Positions 41,291 through 52,841 of a stretch of 64,000 nt of DNA are shown here, in pieces (within the stretch, counting starts at the first letter, position 1; every line of letters begins with the position of its first letter). Source of the stretch: an uncultured delta proteobacterium (GTDB lineage Bacteria; Desulfobacterota; Syntrophia; Syntrophales; UBA2185); assembly GCA_963695875.1 (NCBI GenBank), contig CAVOID010000009.1:32001-96000 (forward strand), written 5' to 3'. The notes under the pieces are model-generated. The model worked only from the letters and a program-made list of their open reading frames with translations, did no database searches and was not told the DNA's origin. The translations under genes were made by a program, and so were the position numbers.

Positions 41291-42217
41291 TCATAACATA
41301 AGTTCCGGTGTAAAAGTCACAACGTTATCGATGATGGGCGAATCACAAAAAATCATTGCTAATCTATCCACACCGAGCGCAATCCCTGCTGATTCCGGCA
41401 TGGCAATATTATCCTGTAAAAAATGTTCCGGTATCGGATAAACCGATTTGCCGATTGAACGGCGATATTCCTGAACCTTTTTAAATCGTATATGATGCTC
41501 ATCCATATCAATAAGTTCAGAACACGCATTGGCTATCTCTTTCCCTCCTATGTATAACTCAAATCGCTCAGCCACAGCGGGCTCTTCTTTTTTGGCCTTT
41601 GCAAGGGCGGATCCCGATACTGGATAGTCATAGATAAAGGTGGGTTGTTCTAAACCCAGATGAGATTCGATATAGCAGACCATGATCTCGTCGAAGCTGC
41701 TCTCTTTCACAGCTTCTTCCATCGGAACCGGTGCATAACGGGTAAAAGTCTCTCTGACTGATACACTCTTCCACGGCCTTTGCAACCTTATTTTTTTACC
41801 CTGGTAGTGAATCACATCTTCATGACCAAGATTATTGGCTATAGAGATAATTAACTCTTCACACTCCTCCATCAGCAGACGATAGTCCATACCCCGGCAA
41901 TACCACTCCAACATGGTAAATTCAGGAAGATGACATGAACCTCGTTCCCCTTCACGGAAACATTTGCAGATTTGAAATATCCTTGGATAACCTACTGCAA
42001 GCAGTCGCTTCATATATAGTTCGGGAGATGTATGCAAGAACCAACCGCCACAGGAAATTGCGTCTATATGTTGTTCCGGGATTGGTGCCGGAATTAAATT
42101 GGGGGTTTCTACTTCCAGATAATCCTTGTTGACAAAAAAATCCCGTATGGCCCGTAGCATTCTGGCGCGCATCCATAAGGTATCTGATTGCTTTAACAGA
42201 TTTCCGCTATCTTCCAT
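41291..42217 (-). CDS. epmA: EF-P lysine aminoacylase EpmA (GenX/PoxA)
   Basis: LEVETP, LHTSPELYMKRLLA, HLPEFTMLEWY, GIALGVDRL; no anticodon domain; adjacent to efp. Confidence 0.95.
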   Translation of the reverse strand: MEDSGNLLKQSDTLWMRARMLRAIRDFFVNKDYLEVETPNLIPAPIPEQHIDAISCGGWFLHTSPELYMKRLLAVGYPRIFQICKCFREGERGSCHLPEFTMLEWYCRGMDYRLLMEECEELIISIANNLGHEDVIHYQGKKIRLQRPWKSVSVRETFTRYAPVPMEEAVKESSFDEIMVCYIESHLGLEQPTFIYDYPVSGSALAKAKKEEPAVAERFELYIGGKEIANACSELIDMDEHHIRFKKVQEYRRSIGKSVYPIPEHFLQDNIAMPESAGIALGVDRLAMIFCDSPIIDNVVTFTPELML

Positions 42218-42224
42218 CAATAGT

Positions 42225-42788
42225 TCAGTCCTTGACTCTTGTGAGATATTCACCACTCCGTGTATCAACCCTGATCTTCTCCCCTTCTTCTACAAAAGGC
42301 GGAACCTGAATTTGATAGCCTGTTTGCAGGATCACTGGTTTCGTTTTACCCGACACAGAATCGCCCTTAGCCCATGGTTCAGCTTTCACTATAACCAGGT
42401 CGACAAAATTTGGTAGGCTAACTTCCAGAGGCTTATCCTCGAAAAAGAGTATTTCCACTTCCAAATTATCGATCAAGAAATTTTTTGCCTCCCCAACTTG
42501 ACTTTTAGTGAGAAAAAACTGTTCGTAATTTTCATTATCCATGAAGCAGTATTTTCCCTCTTCTTCATACAGGTACTGCATTTTTTTTTGCTGGAGATCC
42601 GCCGGCTCAAAGGTGTCGGCCGACCTGAATGTTCGCTCAAACTGTGCTCCCGTAATCATATTCCGCAATTTTGAACGATACAAGGCCTGGCCTTTCCCGG
42701 GTTTTACAAAGTTAAATTCGGTAACGATATAGGGTTCGTTGTCAAGTTTAATCCTTAACCCCTTCTTCAAATCACTTGCGCTATACAT
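42225..42788 (-). CDS. efp: Elongation factor P
   Basis: KPGKGQA modification loop; VPPFVEEGEKIRVDTRSGEY. Confidence 0.97.
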   Translation of the reverse strand: MYSASDLKKGLRIKLDNEPYIVTEFNFVKPGKGQALYRSKLRNMITGAQFERTFRSADTFEPADLQQKKMQYLYEEEGKYCFMDNENYEQFFLTKSQVGEAKNFLIDNLEVEILFFEDKPLEVSLPNFVDLVIVKAEPWAKGDSVSGKTKPVILQTGYQIQVPPFVEEGEKIRVDTRSGEYLTRVKD

Positions 42789-42823
42789 GTTAAATTCGCT
42801 CCTTTCATCCTGATCCTGGTTCC

Positions 42824-43933
42824 TTAATTTGCTTCATCTCTCTTGTCAAAAAAATGTTCATCCGTTTCAAATCTTTCTGCAGGAAACAAGGAAAACGGAT
42901 GAAGAGGAAATTTACCTTTGCCCTCGGGAACATCATACACATACTGCGGTATACAAAGACCTGATATATTTCTCCATAATTTTTCCATGATACCTATCCC
43001 TGACAATATGTCTGTACGAAAATGATCCGTACCTTTTACCGGATCGCAATGAAACAAGTAATACGGTCTGACGGAAATCCGTTGAAGTCCGTAAAGCAGA
43101 TTACGCATCGTTTCATAGTTATCATTGATACCTCTAAGCAAAACAGATTGATTTGAGACAGGAACTCCTACTGCCAGCAGCATTTCGCAAGCACGCTCTG
43201 CCTCCGGAGTAATTTCGTTCGGGTGATTGAATTGGGTATTGAACCAAAGTGGACGGTATTTACGCAACATGGAACATAATTGTCGAGTAATTCGCATTGG
43301 CATGACCACTGGGATACGGCTTCCTATACGCAACACCTCTACATGGGGAATAGAACGCAAAGACCGAAGAAACCATTCAAGGGTGCTTTCCTCCATAGTC
43401 AGAGGATCACCGCCTGAAACGATAACTTCACGAATATGCGATGTTTGGGAAATATAATCAATCATGCGCCGGAGGTATCCTTTATTATATTCCGTCGCAT
43501 TAATCTTCCACATTCGCTTGCGATTGCAATGCCGACAGTATGTTGCACAGATATTTGTAATGACCGCAACACAACGATCAGGATAACGATGCACCAGGCC
43601 CGAAACGGGCATGTCCCGTTCTTCTTCGAGGGGATCGGTTACACCACCCAGTGAAAAATTTGTCTCCTTCTGATCGGGAAAACACTGAAGACGAATGGGA
43701 TCATTTTCATCAGCTGCATTCATTAAGGAAAAATAATACGGAGTTATGCTAAAAGGATAATATCTGGCAACGGTTCTGCATTCTTCGAGTTCCGCTGGAG
43801 CCACATTGAAGCATCCGGCCAATTGAGTAATGGTTTGTATCCGGTTATTATATTGCCACTTCCAATCAAACCAGTCTTTCTGTGATACGCCTGCCCATGA
43901 TCTGATAGATGTGGTATGCTTTATTGATTCCAT
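42824..43933 (-). CDS. epmB: KamA-family radical SAM lysine 2,3-aminomutase (EpmB-like by context)
   Basis: GLVHRYPDR, CATYCRHC, SGGDPL, NQSVLLRGIND, GKGK PLP-lysine region; upstream of efp. Confidence 0.85.
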   Translation of the reverse strand: MESIKHTTSIRSWAGVSQKDWFDWKWQYNNRIQTITQLAGCFNVAPAELEECRTVARYYPFSITPYYFSLMNAADENDPIRLQCFPDQKETNFSLGGVTDPLEEERDMPVSGLVHRYPDRCVAVITNICATYCRHCNRKRMWKINATEYNKGYLRRMIDYISQTSHIREVIVSGGDPLTMEESTLEWFLRSLRSIPHVEVLRIGSRIPVVMPMRITRQLCSMLRKYRPLWFNTQFNHPNEITPEAERACEMLLAVGVPVSNQSVLLRGINDNYETMRNLLYGLQRISVRPYYLFHCDPVKGTDHFRTDILSGIGIMEKLWRNISGLCIPQYVYDVPEGKGKFPLHPFSLFPAERFETDEHFFDKRDEAN

Positions 43934-44606
43934 AGTCTGAGAGATTTTTTAAACGGGATTTTAAAAAAAGTTGATTTCTATAATAAAATTTATAAATCAA
44001 GGCATTATATATTACAAATTAGAACTTAAAAATTTCTTAATGACAAATAAATGCTTAGAAATCAGATCTCAAATAAAATGTTGCTTTCCTTTAGCATTAT
44101 ACTTTATATAAAAGAATAGGAAAATAAATTATTATTGAATAACTTAATCGATGAGAAGAGCATATACAAGACCTCGCCTGAACGAACAATACTCCAAAAT
44201 TTAATTGATTTCGGTTACGAATTTAGCCCATTGTTTCATAATCATTATGGAAATGTTCAATTACCAGGATAACCTGCCCTTTGATGAGAAAGCTTTGAAT
44301 GGAGATTATTAAGAGGTCTTAGCAGGGCTGAGGAAATGATCGGGGCACTTCTTAGACGTTGCATAATGAAACAGAATAGGCAATAATCTGTCTTTAATAA
44401 GGCTGGAGCGCGCAAGTTTCAAAAAGAATATGCCCATACCGGCTTGAAACAATTTTTTATGCGCAAGAGTATTCGTATGTGAATTATTTTTACCATGACG
44501 TTTGACTGAGAGGTATGGCCCTGTTAACCGGAAACCTCATTTGTTTCATCATCAAAAATTCAATTGTATGTCATAACGAAAAATAGTTTCTGTATCAAAG
44601 GAGATT

Positions 44607-45761
44607 GTGTCTATGAAATCAATATCGAAAGATGATCTGAAATCATTGATGAACAAGCAGAAAGGGCCTTGCATTTCATTGTTTATGCCCACTCATCGCG
44701 CAGGCGCTGAAATTCAGCAAAATCAAATCAGACTCAGAAATTTGCTTCGTGATGCTGAGGAAAAATTACTGGCGAGCGGCCTTCGTCCCGCAGAATCAAA
44801 GACATTGCTTGAACATGCTTCTGGACTCTTAGGTAATGTCATTTTCTGGCGACAGCAGAGCGACGGCCTTGCCGTATTTCTATCCGCTGATGTATTTAGA
44901 TACTACTGTCTGCCGATACATTTTGATGAATTGATAGTCGTCGCTGACCGTTTTCACGTTAAGCCTCTTCTGCCGGTACTCAGCGGTGATGGGCGCTTCT
45001 ATATTTTGACCCTTAGCCAAAAGGGAAGCCGTCTTTATGAAGGTACAAAGCAGAGCATCAGAGAAATTGAACTTGAAACGATCCCCAAAAGTCTTGCCGA
45101 AGCTCTTCAGTATGATGATCTGGAAAAACAAATCCGCGTCCATAGAGGAACGGCAAGGGGCGGTGAACGCGGATCAATGCTTTCGGGGGGCGGAGCAGAA
45201 CTGGATGATGCAAAGGAAAACATTTTAAAATATTTCCGACAGATCGACAAGGGATTACATGATCTGCTGAAAGATGAACGAATACCTCTGGTGCTGGCCG
45301 GTGTCGATTATCTCTTCCCGATTTATAGAGAAGCAAATACGTATCCTCATCTTATGGATGAAGGAATTACCGGAAATCCCAAGGGAATAAGTGCAGAACA
45401 TCTGCATAAACAGGCATTGGAGATCGTAAGACCACATTTTCAAAAGGCTGAACATGACGCTATCGCCCAGTACAGACAGTCTTCCGGTACAGGATTGACT
45501 TCCAATGATATTAAAGAAATTGTCCAGGCCGCATATCATGGACGGATTGCTCGCTCTTTGTCACCACAGGTCATCAGCAATGGGGGTTTTTTGATCCGGA
45601 ATGGAATGAAGTGCAATTACACGAATAAAATGACACCAGGTAGCGAGGGCCTTTTGGATTTCTCCGCAATCCAGACGTTCTTAAATGGTGGCAATGTTTT
45701 TTCGCTTCCTCGAGAAAAAATGCCGGATGATACACCGATAGCGGCAGTGTTTCGTTATTGA
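44607..45761 (+). CDS. Bacterial aeRF1-like (baeRF3-type) ribosome-associated protein
   Basis: PCISLFMPTHR, DGLAVF, FHVKPLL, PLVLAGV, C-terminal AAVFRY; apparent compensating indels at ~45550-45625. Confidence 0.8.
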   Translation: MSMKSISKDDLKSLMNKQKGPCISLFMPTHRAGAEIQQNQIRLRNLLRDAEEKLLASGLRPAESKTLLEHASGLLGNVIFWRQQSDGLAVFLSADVFRYYCLPIHFDELIVVADRFHVKPLLPVLSGDGRFYILTLSQKGSRLYEGTKQSIREIELETIPKSLAEALQYDDLEKQIRVHRGTARGGERGSMLSGGGAELDDAKENILKYFRQIDKGLHDLLKDERIPLVLAGVDYLFPIYREANTYPHLMDEGITGNPKGISAEHLHKQALEIVRPHFQKAEHDAIAQYRQSSGTGLTSNDIKEIVQAAYHGRIARSLSPQVISNGGFLIRNGMKCNYTNKMTPGSEGLLDFSAIQTFLNGGNVFSLPREKMPDDTPIAAVFRY

Positions 45762-45805
45762 AAAGGATACATAACTTATCCACCTATCTATAAGAAATCG
45801 CTTGT

Positions 45806-46777
45806 ATGGATTTGCAGAGACGCAAACTAAATGTAGCACGACTTTCAGTGCTGTCAAATACTGCTCTTGTCGTTATGAAGCTCGCTGTCGGGCTGATGAT
45901 CGGTTCAGTATCGATAATGTCTGAAGCAATCCATTCCGGAGTCGACCTTCTGGCTGCCATTATTGCCACATTCTCCGTCAAGCACATCCGGTCTCCCTGC
46001 CGATTCCAGACATCCATTTGGTCATGGAAAGGTTGAAAATATTTCCGGTACCATCGAGGCAGTGCTGATTTTTCTCGCAGCCATTTGGATTATCTATGAG
46101 GCCACAAAAAAACTTTTGAATCCGGAGCCTATTGAATACGTCAGTTGGGGCGTCGGCGTGATGTTAATTTCCACTGTGGTCAATATAATCGTATCGCAAA
46201 TGCTCTTCAAGGTCGCCAAAGAAACCGATTCCATAGCCCTGGAGGCTGACGCCTGGCATTTGCGAACGGATGTTTATACCTCCACGGTGTCATGGTAAGC
46301 CTTGCGCTGATCTGGATAGGTCATCATATTACACCTGACCCCAATATCCATTGGCTGGACCCGGTCGCTGCGATCGGGGTTGCAGTTCTTATATTAGGCA
46401 CCGCTTACAGATTGACAGTTCAGTCGGGCCGGGATCTGATGGACGTGACACTTCCTGCGGAAGAAGAGGCATGGATACGCACACTGATTATGACACACCA
46501 GCCTGTCATACACGGGTTTCATCAATTGCGCACACGTAAGGCCGGAAATTTCCGCTTTGTCGACTTCCATATTAAGGTCGAGCCACACATGTCTGTCGAG
46601 GAATCTCACAGAATCACCGATGAGTTATCAGAAAGCATTGAAACGCACTTCCCCAAAACGAGTGTCACCGTTCACACCGAACCCTGTGACGGCAACTGCG
46701 TCGGTTATTGTCTGACCGGATGTCTCCTGACCGAAAAGGAGCGGAAGAGTGTGATGCAAAAAAACCGGCGAATTTAA
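45806..46777 (+). CDS. Cation diffusion facilitator transporter (frameshifts at ~45990 and ~46290)
   Basis: SEAIHSGVD, HPFGHGKVE, ADAWHLRTD, LRTRKAG, VTVHTEP. Confidence 0.92.
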
Positions 46778-46851
46778 TACATCTGCTTTGAATGTTCAGA
46801 TATCAAAATCGCTGACAGAATCTTACATGATGCAGAAGCCATTCAGTTTTC

Positions 46852-47836
46852 TTAACCCTTGTAAATAAACCTTTCGAACAACTTATGAAAAGGAGTCCAG
46901 CGAGAATCATCTATCACTGGAATCTTCGATGAATTCCTGAAAGGCATTAACCTTTGCATCGAGATCGTCAATGTGATGTACGATCAATGCCTCCAGAGTC
47001 TTCGGACGTTTCGGTGAACCAAATTCATGAGTGCCATGATGACTCAGCACGAGATGGCGGAGTTCCATGGCCAAGTGCTCCGGAAAATCTTCTAGAGCGG
47101 CAATTTTGGTATCCAGCATCTCTATACCGATCACGATATGCCCGATGAGTCTGCCCTGATCGCTATAATCAAAAATACTGTCATAGGAATATTCATAAAT
47201 CTTCCCTATGTCATGGAGAATCCCGCCCGTTATCAGAAGGTCCCTGTTGATGCCCTCATAGTGTGTAGTGAGCTGATCAAGCAGGCGAATCACCGAGAGG
47301 GTGTGTTCGAGGAGGCCTCCAATATACACATGATGAAAACCTTTTGCAGCAGGGGCCTTTTTAAACAGGGCTGCTATCTTCTCGTCGTGGAAAAATAAAT
47401 GCAGCAATGTCTTCAGGCATGGGGTCTCGATCTGCTCGATAAAGGCCATGAGGTCTGCGAACATCACATCGATGTCTCCTTTTGCAACAGGTAAATATTC
47501 GGCCAGATCTATGTCAGCATCATCAACTTTCCTGAGACCCGTTATGGAAATTTGAACGGTATTTTTAAAACTGACGACTCCCCCATGAGCCTGGATTACA
47601 TCCCCCTTGTTAAACTGTTTATCCCATTCGATCGCATTTTCCCATATCTTGCCGTCGACCTCGCCTGTTTTATCCTTGAGACGAATGTTCAGATACGGGG
47701 CTCCCTTCTGAGAGAAAGCCATGTTTTTCTCCGTAACAAGAAATGAACCATTGATTTTCTCGCCAGGCTTTATATCCTTGATATAGATAGTTTTCATTTT
47801 CATAAATAAATCCGCCTTTTCTTTATTGCTATTCAT
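46852..47836 (-). CDS. yhaM: YhaM/CBF1-family OB-fold plus HD 3'-5' exoribonuclease (C-terminal frameshift ~46910)
   Basis: PAAKGFHHVYIGGLLEHT, LHDIGK, SHHG.EFGSP; the true end reads WTPFHKLFERFIYKG*. Confidence 0.88.
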
Positions 47837-49751
47837 TTATTTTTCTCTCAAGATACGATGGTCACCCGCCCTGATGGTTAGCTTTGTTATATCAAAGTAT
47901 TCCATCAACGGTATGACGAATTTTCTCGAAAGACCCGTCAACTCTTTGAAGCTTGCCGGTGTCGCCTTGCCGTCTCTCAAAAGGAGGTTTTTATAATTTT
48001 CTCTGAGTCTGAGTAATACGTCTCTGTGAAAGTAAAGGTCTTCATTAATTTTTATCAAAGAACCTTCCTTTAGCATTACATTAATGACGCTTTCGGTCAG
48101 GTTCTTCCGGTCTGCAAATTTTTCCATGAGTTGCTTTACCGTAGGAGGGGTAAGCCCTGCCCCGGTATAGATTCCGGAAATTTCGACACGCAGATCCTCC
48201 AGTTCTCCCTTCAAATCGACCGAGTGCCCCGAGATGCGAAGATTTTCCCTATCAACAACTATTTCCCTCCTATTTTCAAGATCTCTGACAGCCATATTGA
48301 AAAGCCTTGGACTGATTAATTGCCCTATTATATTCCTCAACTCTCCTTTTGATATACCCTCTTTTAGGGGATATCTTTCGTGGTATGCCTGCATTTCAAG
48401 AAGAATCTGCCTCTGTAGATTCTGATAAACTGGAAAAGATATAACCTTGGATTCATCAACGTCTATAATAACAGCCTGTCCTTTTGAATGCATCGATTTA
48501 AACATGTTCTTAAGGAGATTTTGATGAATTCCCGACCTCATCACAAGCTGAAGGAGGTCAATGCCTTCAATGCCGGATCTCTTAATAATGACTGCAACTC
48601 TTTCGGAATCACTACCACTATAGAGCAGATCAAATTCATGCAGTATCTTTTCAGAATTCCTTTTATGTTTTCTGGCAGGAAGAGGGTCGATAATTAGCCC
48701 TCCTCCAATTGTCGTAACAGGCGAGTAGCTCCTGATGACAAACCTATCTCTCGCCATTGCAGCAATGGGAGACGCAAGAATAATCTGTGCATAGCCCTTG
48801 CTCCCGGGTTCCATCTCTTCACTATCGAGGAGTATCATTCTACCTATGACTTCATTTGTCCCCACATGAAACCGTGCCAGATTCCTGTTCTTCAATTTTT
48901 TGGTGTTATTTGATAAATATTCAATGTACAGATCAAGGCGACTTGATGGCTTAAGCGTTTGAGGCCTGGCAAGGACATCTCCTCTCACTATAGTCGCCTT
49001 TTCGACCCCCTGCAGATTTATGGCCGTCCTCTGGCCAGCCTCAGCAATCGTTGCACTCTGATTATGGATTTGAATACCCCGAACCTTCGCGGTAACTCCC
49101 TGTGGCAATATTTCCACATCTTCGCCCAGTCTTATATCTCCGGAAATCAGGGTCCCCGTAACGACCGTCCCGAATCCTTTCATGGTAAACACCCTGTCGA
49201 CAGGCAACCGGAAAAGACCTGCATCTGATTCTCTTTCTATTTCAGATGCCGCACTATCCAGTGCATCCAGTAAGTCTTTAATGCCCGCACCTGTCACTGA
49301 AGAAACCGGGACAACAGGAGATGATTCCAGAAATGTTCCCTTTAAAAATTTATGAATATCCTCTGTCACAAGATCGAGCCATTCCTTATCTACCATGTCA
49401 ATCTTCGTGAGGGCAACTATGCCCCTTTGTAATCCCGAGGAGCGAGCATATATGGAGATGTTCCCGGGTCTGGGGCATGACACCCTCATCTGCCGCTATC
49501 ACAAGAATCACCATATCGATACCGGCAGCTCCGGACACCATATTCTTTATGAATCTTTCATGCCCGGGTACGTCCACTATGCCGAATGTCTGACCGCTTG
49601 GTAAGGTTAGAGAGGCAAAACCAAGCTCAATGCTGATCCCCCTCTCCTTCTCTTCTTTGAGCCTGTCCGTATCAATACCGGTGAGAGCCTTGATAAGGGC
49701 TGTCTTCCCATGATCAACGTGGCCGGCTGTACCAATGATGATATGTTTCAT
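47837..49751 (-). CDS. selB: Selenocysteine-specific elongation factor SelB (frameshift ~49420)
   Basis: [35 protein letters not shown]-terminal winged helix [15 protein letters not shown]. Confidence 0.95.
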
Positions 49752-49920
49752 GCGGTCTAAATAACAAACTAACTGGTGTTTAACAATAGAAAAATCCCAT
49801 CTTTTTGTATTTTTGCCCATTTGTTGGCTGCAGATGATATGCTAGATTAATGCACTTTTTTCTTGAAAAGTTTAGACTGAACTTGATAGCAAGAAGTGGT
49901 TTAAAAGGATTATGCTTTTC

Positions 49921-50358
49921 ATGCGTATACTTGGTCTTGATTACGGCAGTAAAAGAATCGGGGTCGCAGTTTGTGATGAGTTGGGAATCACTGCCCAGGG
50001 TCTTGCCACCATCACCAGAAAAAATAGAAGGCAGGATCTCGAAGAGATCGCCAGATTTATAAGGACATATGTTGTGGAAAAAATTGTAATAGGCTACCCG
50101 ATAAAACTTGACGGCACTGAGGGTATCCAATGTGAAAAAATCAACAAATTTGCACAGCTTTTGGAATCCACATTCTCCCTTCCTGTTATCAAATGGGATG
50201 AAACCCTTACGACAAAAGAGGCAGAAGAAATACTCATCCGGTCTAATATGCGCAGGGAACGAAGAAAGACTGTGGTTGATAAACTTGCTGCCTGTTTGAT
50301 TCTTCAGGGATATCTGGACTCTCAGGGGCGTTATGAAAAAGAAAAAAATCGTTCATAA
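49921..50358 (+). CDS. ruvX: RuvX/YqgF pre-16S rRNA nuclease
   Basis: MRILGLDYGSKRIGVAVCD, WDETLTT, VDKLAACLILQ. Confidence 0.94.
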   Translation: MRILGLDYGSKRIGVAVCDELGITAQGLATITRKNRRQDLEEIARFIRTYVVEKIVIGYPIKLDGTEGIQCEKINKFAQLLESTFSLPVIKWDETLTTKEAEEILIRSNMRRERRKTVVDKLAACLILQGYLDSQGRYEKEKNRS

Positions 50359-51356
50359 ATATAAAAGGAGCCTTGCCGTTTTTACGACGGCTCTGGTGCT
50401 TTCAATTTTTTTGGCAATAGTACACTATGCCATCAGCCCGGTAGACAATCGAAATGAGATCGTTACAGTCGACATTCCAAAAGGTACCAGTTTCCTCCAA
50501 TCAGTTGACAACCTCGAAAAAGCTGGTTTAATAAAATACAAATATCTATTTTACCTGCTGGTGGTTTCAAGAAATGCACAGGGCCATATCAGAGCAGGCG
50601 AATATGAACTGACAACCTCGATGTCCCCGATGGAAATCATCAACAAACTGGTGAAGGGTGACATCAAATCATATTTAGTTACCATCCCCGAGGATATCAC
50701 GGTTCGTGAAATAGCTTCACGTCTGGCCTCTTTTAAATTAGTCGAGGAAAAGGTTTTTTTATCCCTGTCTTCAGATGCAAAATTCCTTGCCTCTTTAGGT
50801 ATAGAAGGTGCCAGTGCGGAAGGATATCTCTATCCGGACACATACCGATTAGACAGATCGATGAGTCGCGAAGGATATAATGAAGATTATGGTGAATCAA
50901 TTCTGGAAAATGTTTACCCCGGAGATGCAAAAAAGGGCGGAGGACCTTCGCATGACAATACCCCAGGTTATAACACTGGCCTCTATAATCGGAAAAGAAT
51001 CTGGATATAAGGATGAAAAACGCCTGATTTCAGCTGTATTTCGCAATCGACTGAAAAAGGGGATGAAACTGCAAAGCGATCCTACTGCCGTTTATGATCT
51101 CAATAATTTTACTGGAAATATAACGAAAAAACATCTGATGAGAGATGCACCTCATAATACATATCGTATCAGTGGATTACCTCCCGGCCCTATCGCAAAC
51201 CCCGCCATCGATTCACTTCATGCAGCCCTTTACCCTGCACCCGTCAATTATCTGTATTTTGTGTCTAATAATGATGGCTCCCACCAATTTTCATCCAACC
51301 TCTCGGCTCACAACAAAGCGGTTTTAAATTATCAAATTAAAAGAAAAAAAGAGTGA
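50333..51356 (+). CDS. mltG: Endolytic transglycosylase MltG (frameshift ~50867)
   Basis: [41 protein letters not shown]. Confidence 0.94.
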
Positions 51357-51364
51357 TTTTTTTC

Positions 51365-51426
51365 TTGACAAACAAATTTTCCCTCCTTATAGTTAACCAC
51401 AGTGGAGCAAAGTGGATTATTGTGGA
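51365..51426 (+). promoter_or_regulatory. Pmra sigma70 promoter with MraZ operator repeats
   Basis: TTGACA-N17-TATAGT (51365-51393), then GTGG at 51402, 51412 and 51422 (10-bp period). Confidence 0.88.
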
Positions 51427-51436
51427 GGGAATTCTC

Positions 51437-51883
51437 GTGTCCGTCTTTAGGGGTCAGTATTATCATTCCATAGACGACAAAGGCCGGATCATCTTTCCCG
51501 CAAAGCTGCGGGAAGTCTTCGCCGAAAAATACGACAACAGACTGGTTATAACAAATTGGGAAAGTTACCTGATGGTCTTTCCCTATGATGAATGGCGGAT
51601 CATAGAGGAGAAGGTCAGTCATCAATCCCTATTAAGAAAAGAAGTCAGGGCATTTCAACGCTTCTTCATGTCTGGTGCCGTGGATTGCTCTTTTGACAAT
51701 CAGGGACGAATTCTAATTCCTCCCAACCTGAGAGAATACGCAGCCCTTGAGAAAGACATCGTTCTGGCAGGTATGATTAAAGTCATAGAGATATGGAGCA
51801 AAGAACGTTTCGATGATGAGATGAAGAAAGCTGCAAGTGACGTCGACAGTTTCAGTAAATATATGGCGGATTTAGGAATATAA
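51437..51883 (+). CDS. mraZ: Transcriptional regulator MraZ
   Basis: [35 protein letters not shown] start after GGAGG. Confidence 0.95.
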   Translation: MSVFRGQYYHSIDDKGRIIFPAKLREVFAEKYDNRLVITNWESYLMVFPYDEWRIIEEKVSHQSLLRKEVRAFQRFFMSGAVDCSFDNQGRILIPPNLREYAALEKDIVLAGMIKVIEIWSKERFDDEMKKAASDVDSFSKYMADLGI

Positions 51884-51898
51884 GCAAAGGCCTATGGC

Positions 51899-52838
51899 AT
51901 GTGCTCTTTTCATACACCGGTCATGCAGAGAGAGGTTATTGAGTCCCTTCGCTTCCGACCGGGGGGTATATACGTGGATGGAACCGTCGGAGGGGGCGGA
52001 CATGCCTTCGAGATTCTCCGGGAGACCTCTCCCGATGGCTTATTGATAGGTATCGATGTCGATGATGACGCGCTCCGTGAATCGGAAGAACGATTAGAGC
52101 CCTTTGGTAACAGGAAGATCCTCGTAAAGGGTAATTTTGCAGATATCAATACAATCTTAGACAATTTAAACATCAAGGGAGTTGATGGCATCCTCCTTGA
52201 TTTGGGGGTTTCTTCCTATCAGCTGAAAACAGCGGACAGGGGCTTCAGTTTTTCTCTGAATGCTACCCTTGATATGCGAATGGATCAGAGCCATGGAACT
52301 GAGTGCTTACGATATTATCAATACTTTCCCAGAAAAAGAATTAGTAAGGATCATTAAAGACTATGGCGAGGAGATCATGGCGGAAAGGATTGTAAAGTCG
52401 ATATCTGCTCGAAGGAAGGTGATCCCCGATCAAGACAACGGCTGACCTTGCCGATATTATTGTCAGGGCATTACCCTCTAGATTCAAACCCAAAAAAATT
52501 CACCCCGCAACCAGAACCTTCCAGGCAATCAGGATATACGTCAATAGTGAGCTTTTGAATCTCTATAACGCCATAGATCGCGGCGTTGATGTACTCAACA
52601 AGTCCGGGCGCTTTTCTATTATATCATTTCATTCCCTGGAAGACAGAATTAGTAAAAAATTGCTTCCGCTCATGGGAAAAAGGATGCAATTGTCTTCCGG
52701 ATATCCCCATATGCACCTGTCATAGAAAAGCCAAATTGAAGGTATTGACAAAAAAACCTTTAACGCCCGCGAGCTTCTGAAATTGAATCTAATCCGAAGG
52801 CAAGAAGTGCCAAACTAAGAACAGCAGAGAGGATTTAA
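51899..52838 (+). CDS. rsmH: 16S rRNA m4C1402 methyltransferase RsmH (several frameshifts)
   Basis: HTPVM, DGTVGGGGH, DLGVSSYQL, RGFSF, HPATRTFQA, SFHSLEDR, NPKARSAKLR in successive frames. Confidence 0.93.
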
Positions 52839-52841
52839 TCA

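Noticed and set aside
43971..44000. FNR box (TTGAT...ATCAA) upstream of epmB
   Set aside because: Half-sites are ~20 bp apart instead of 4
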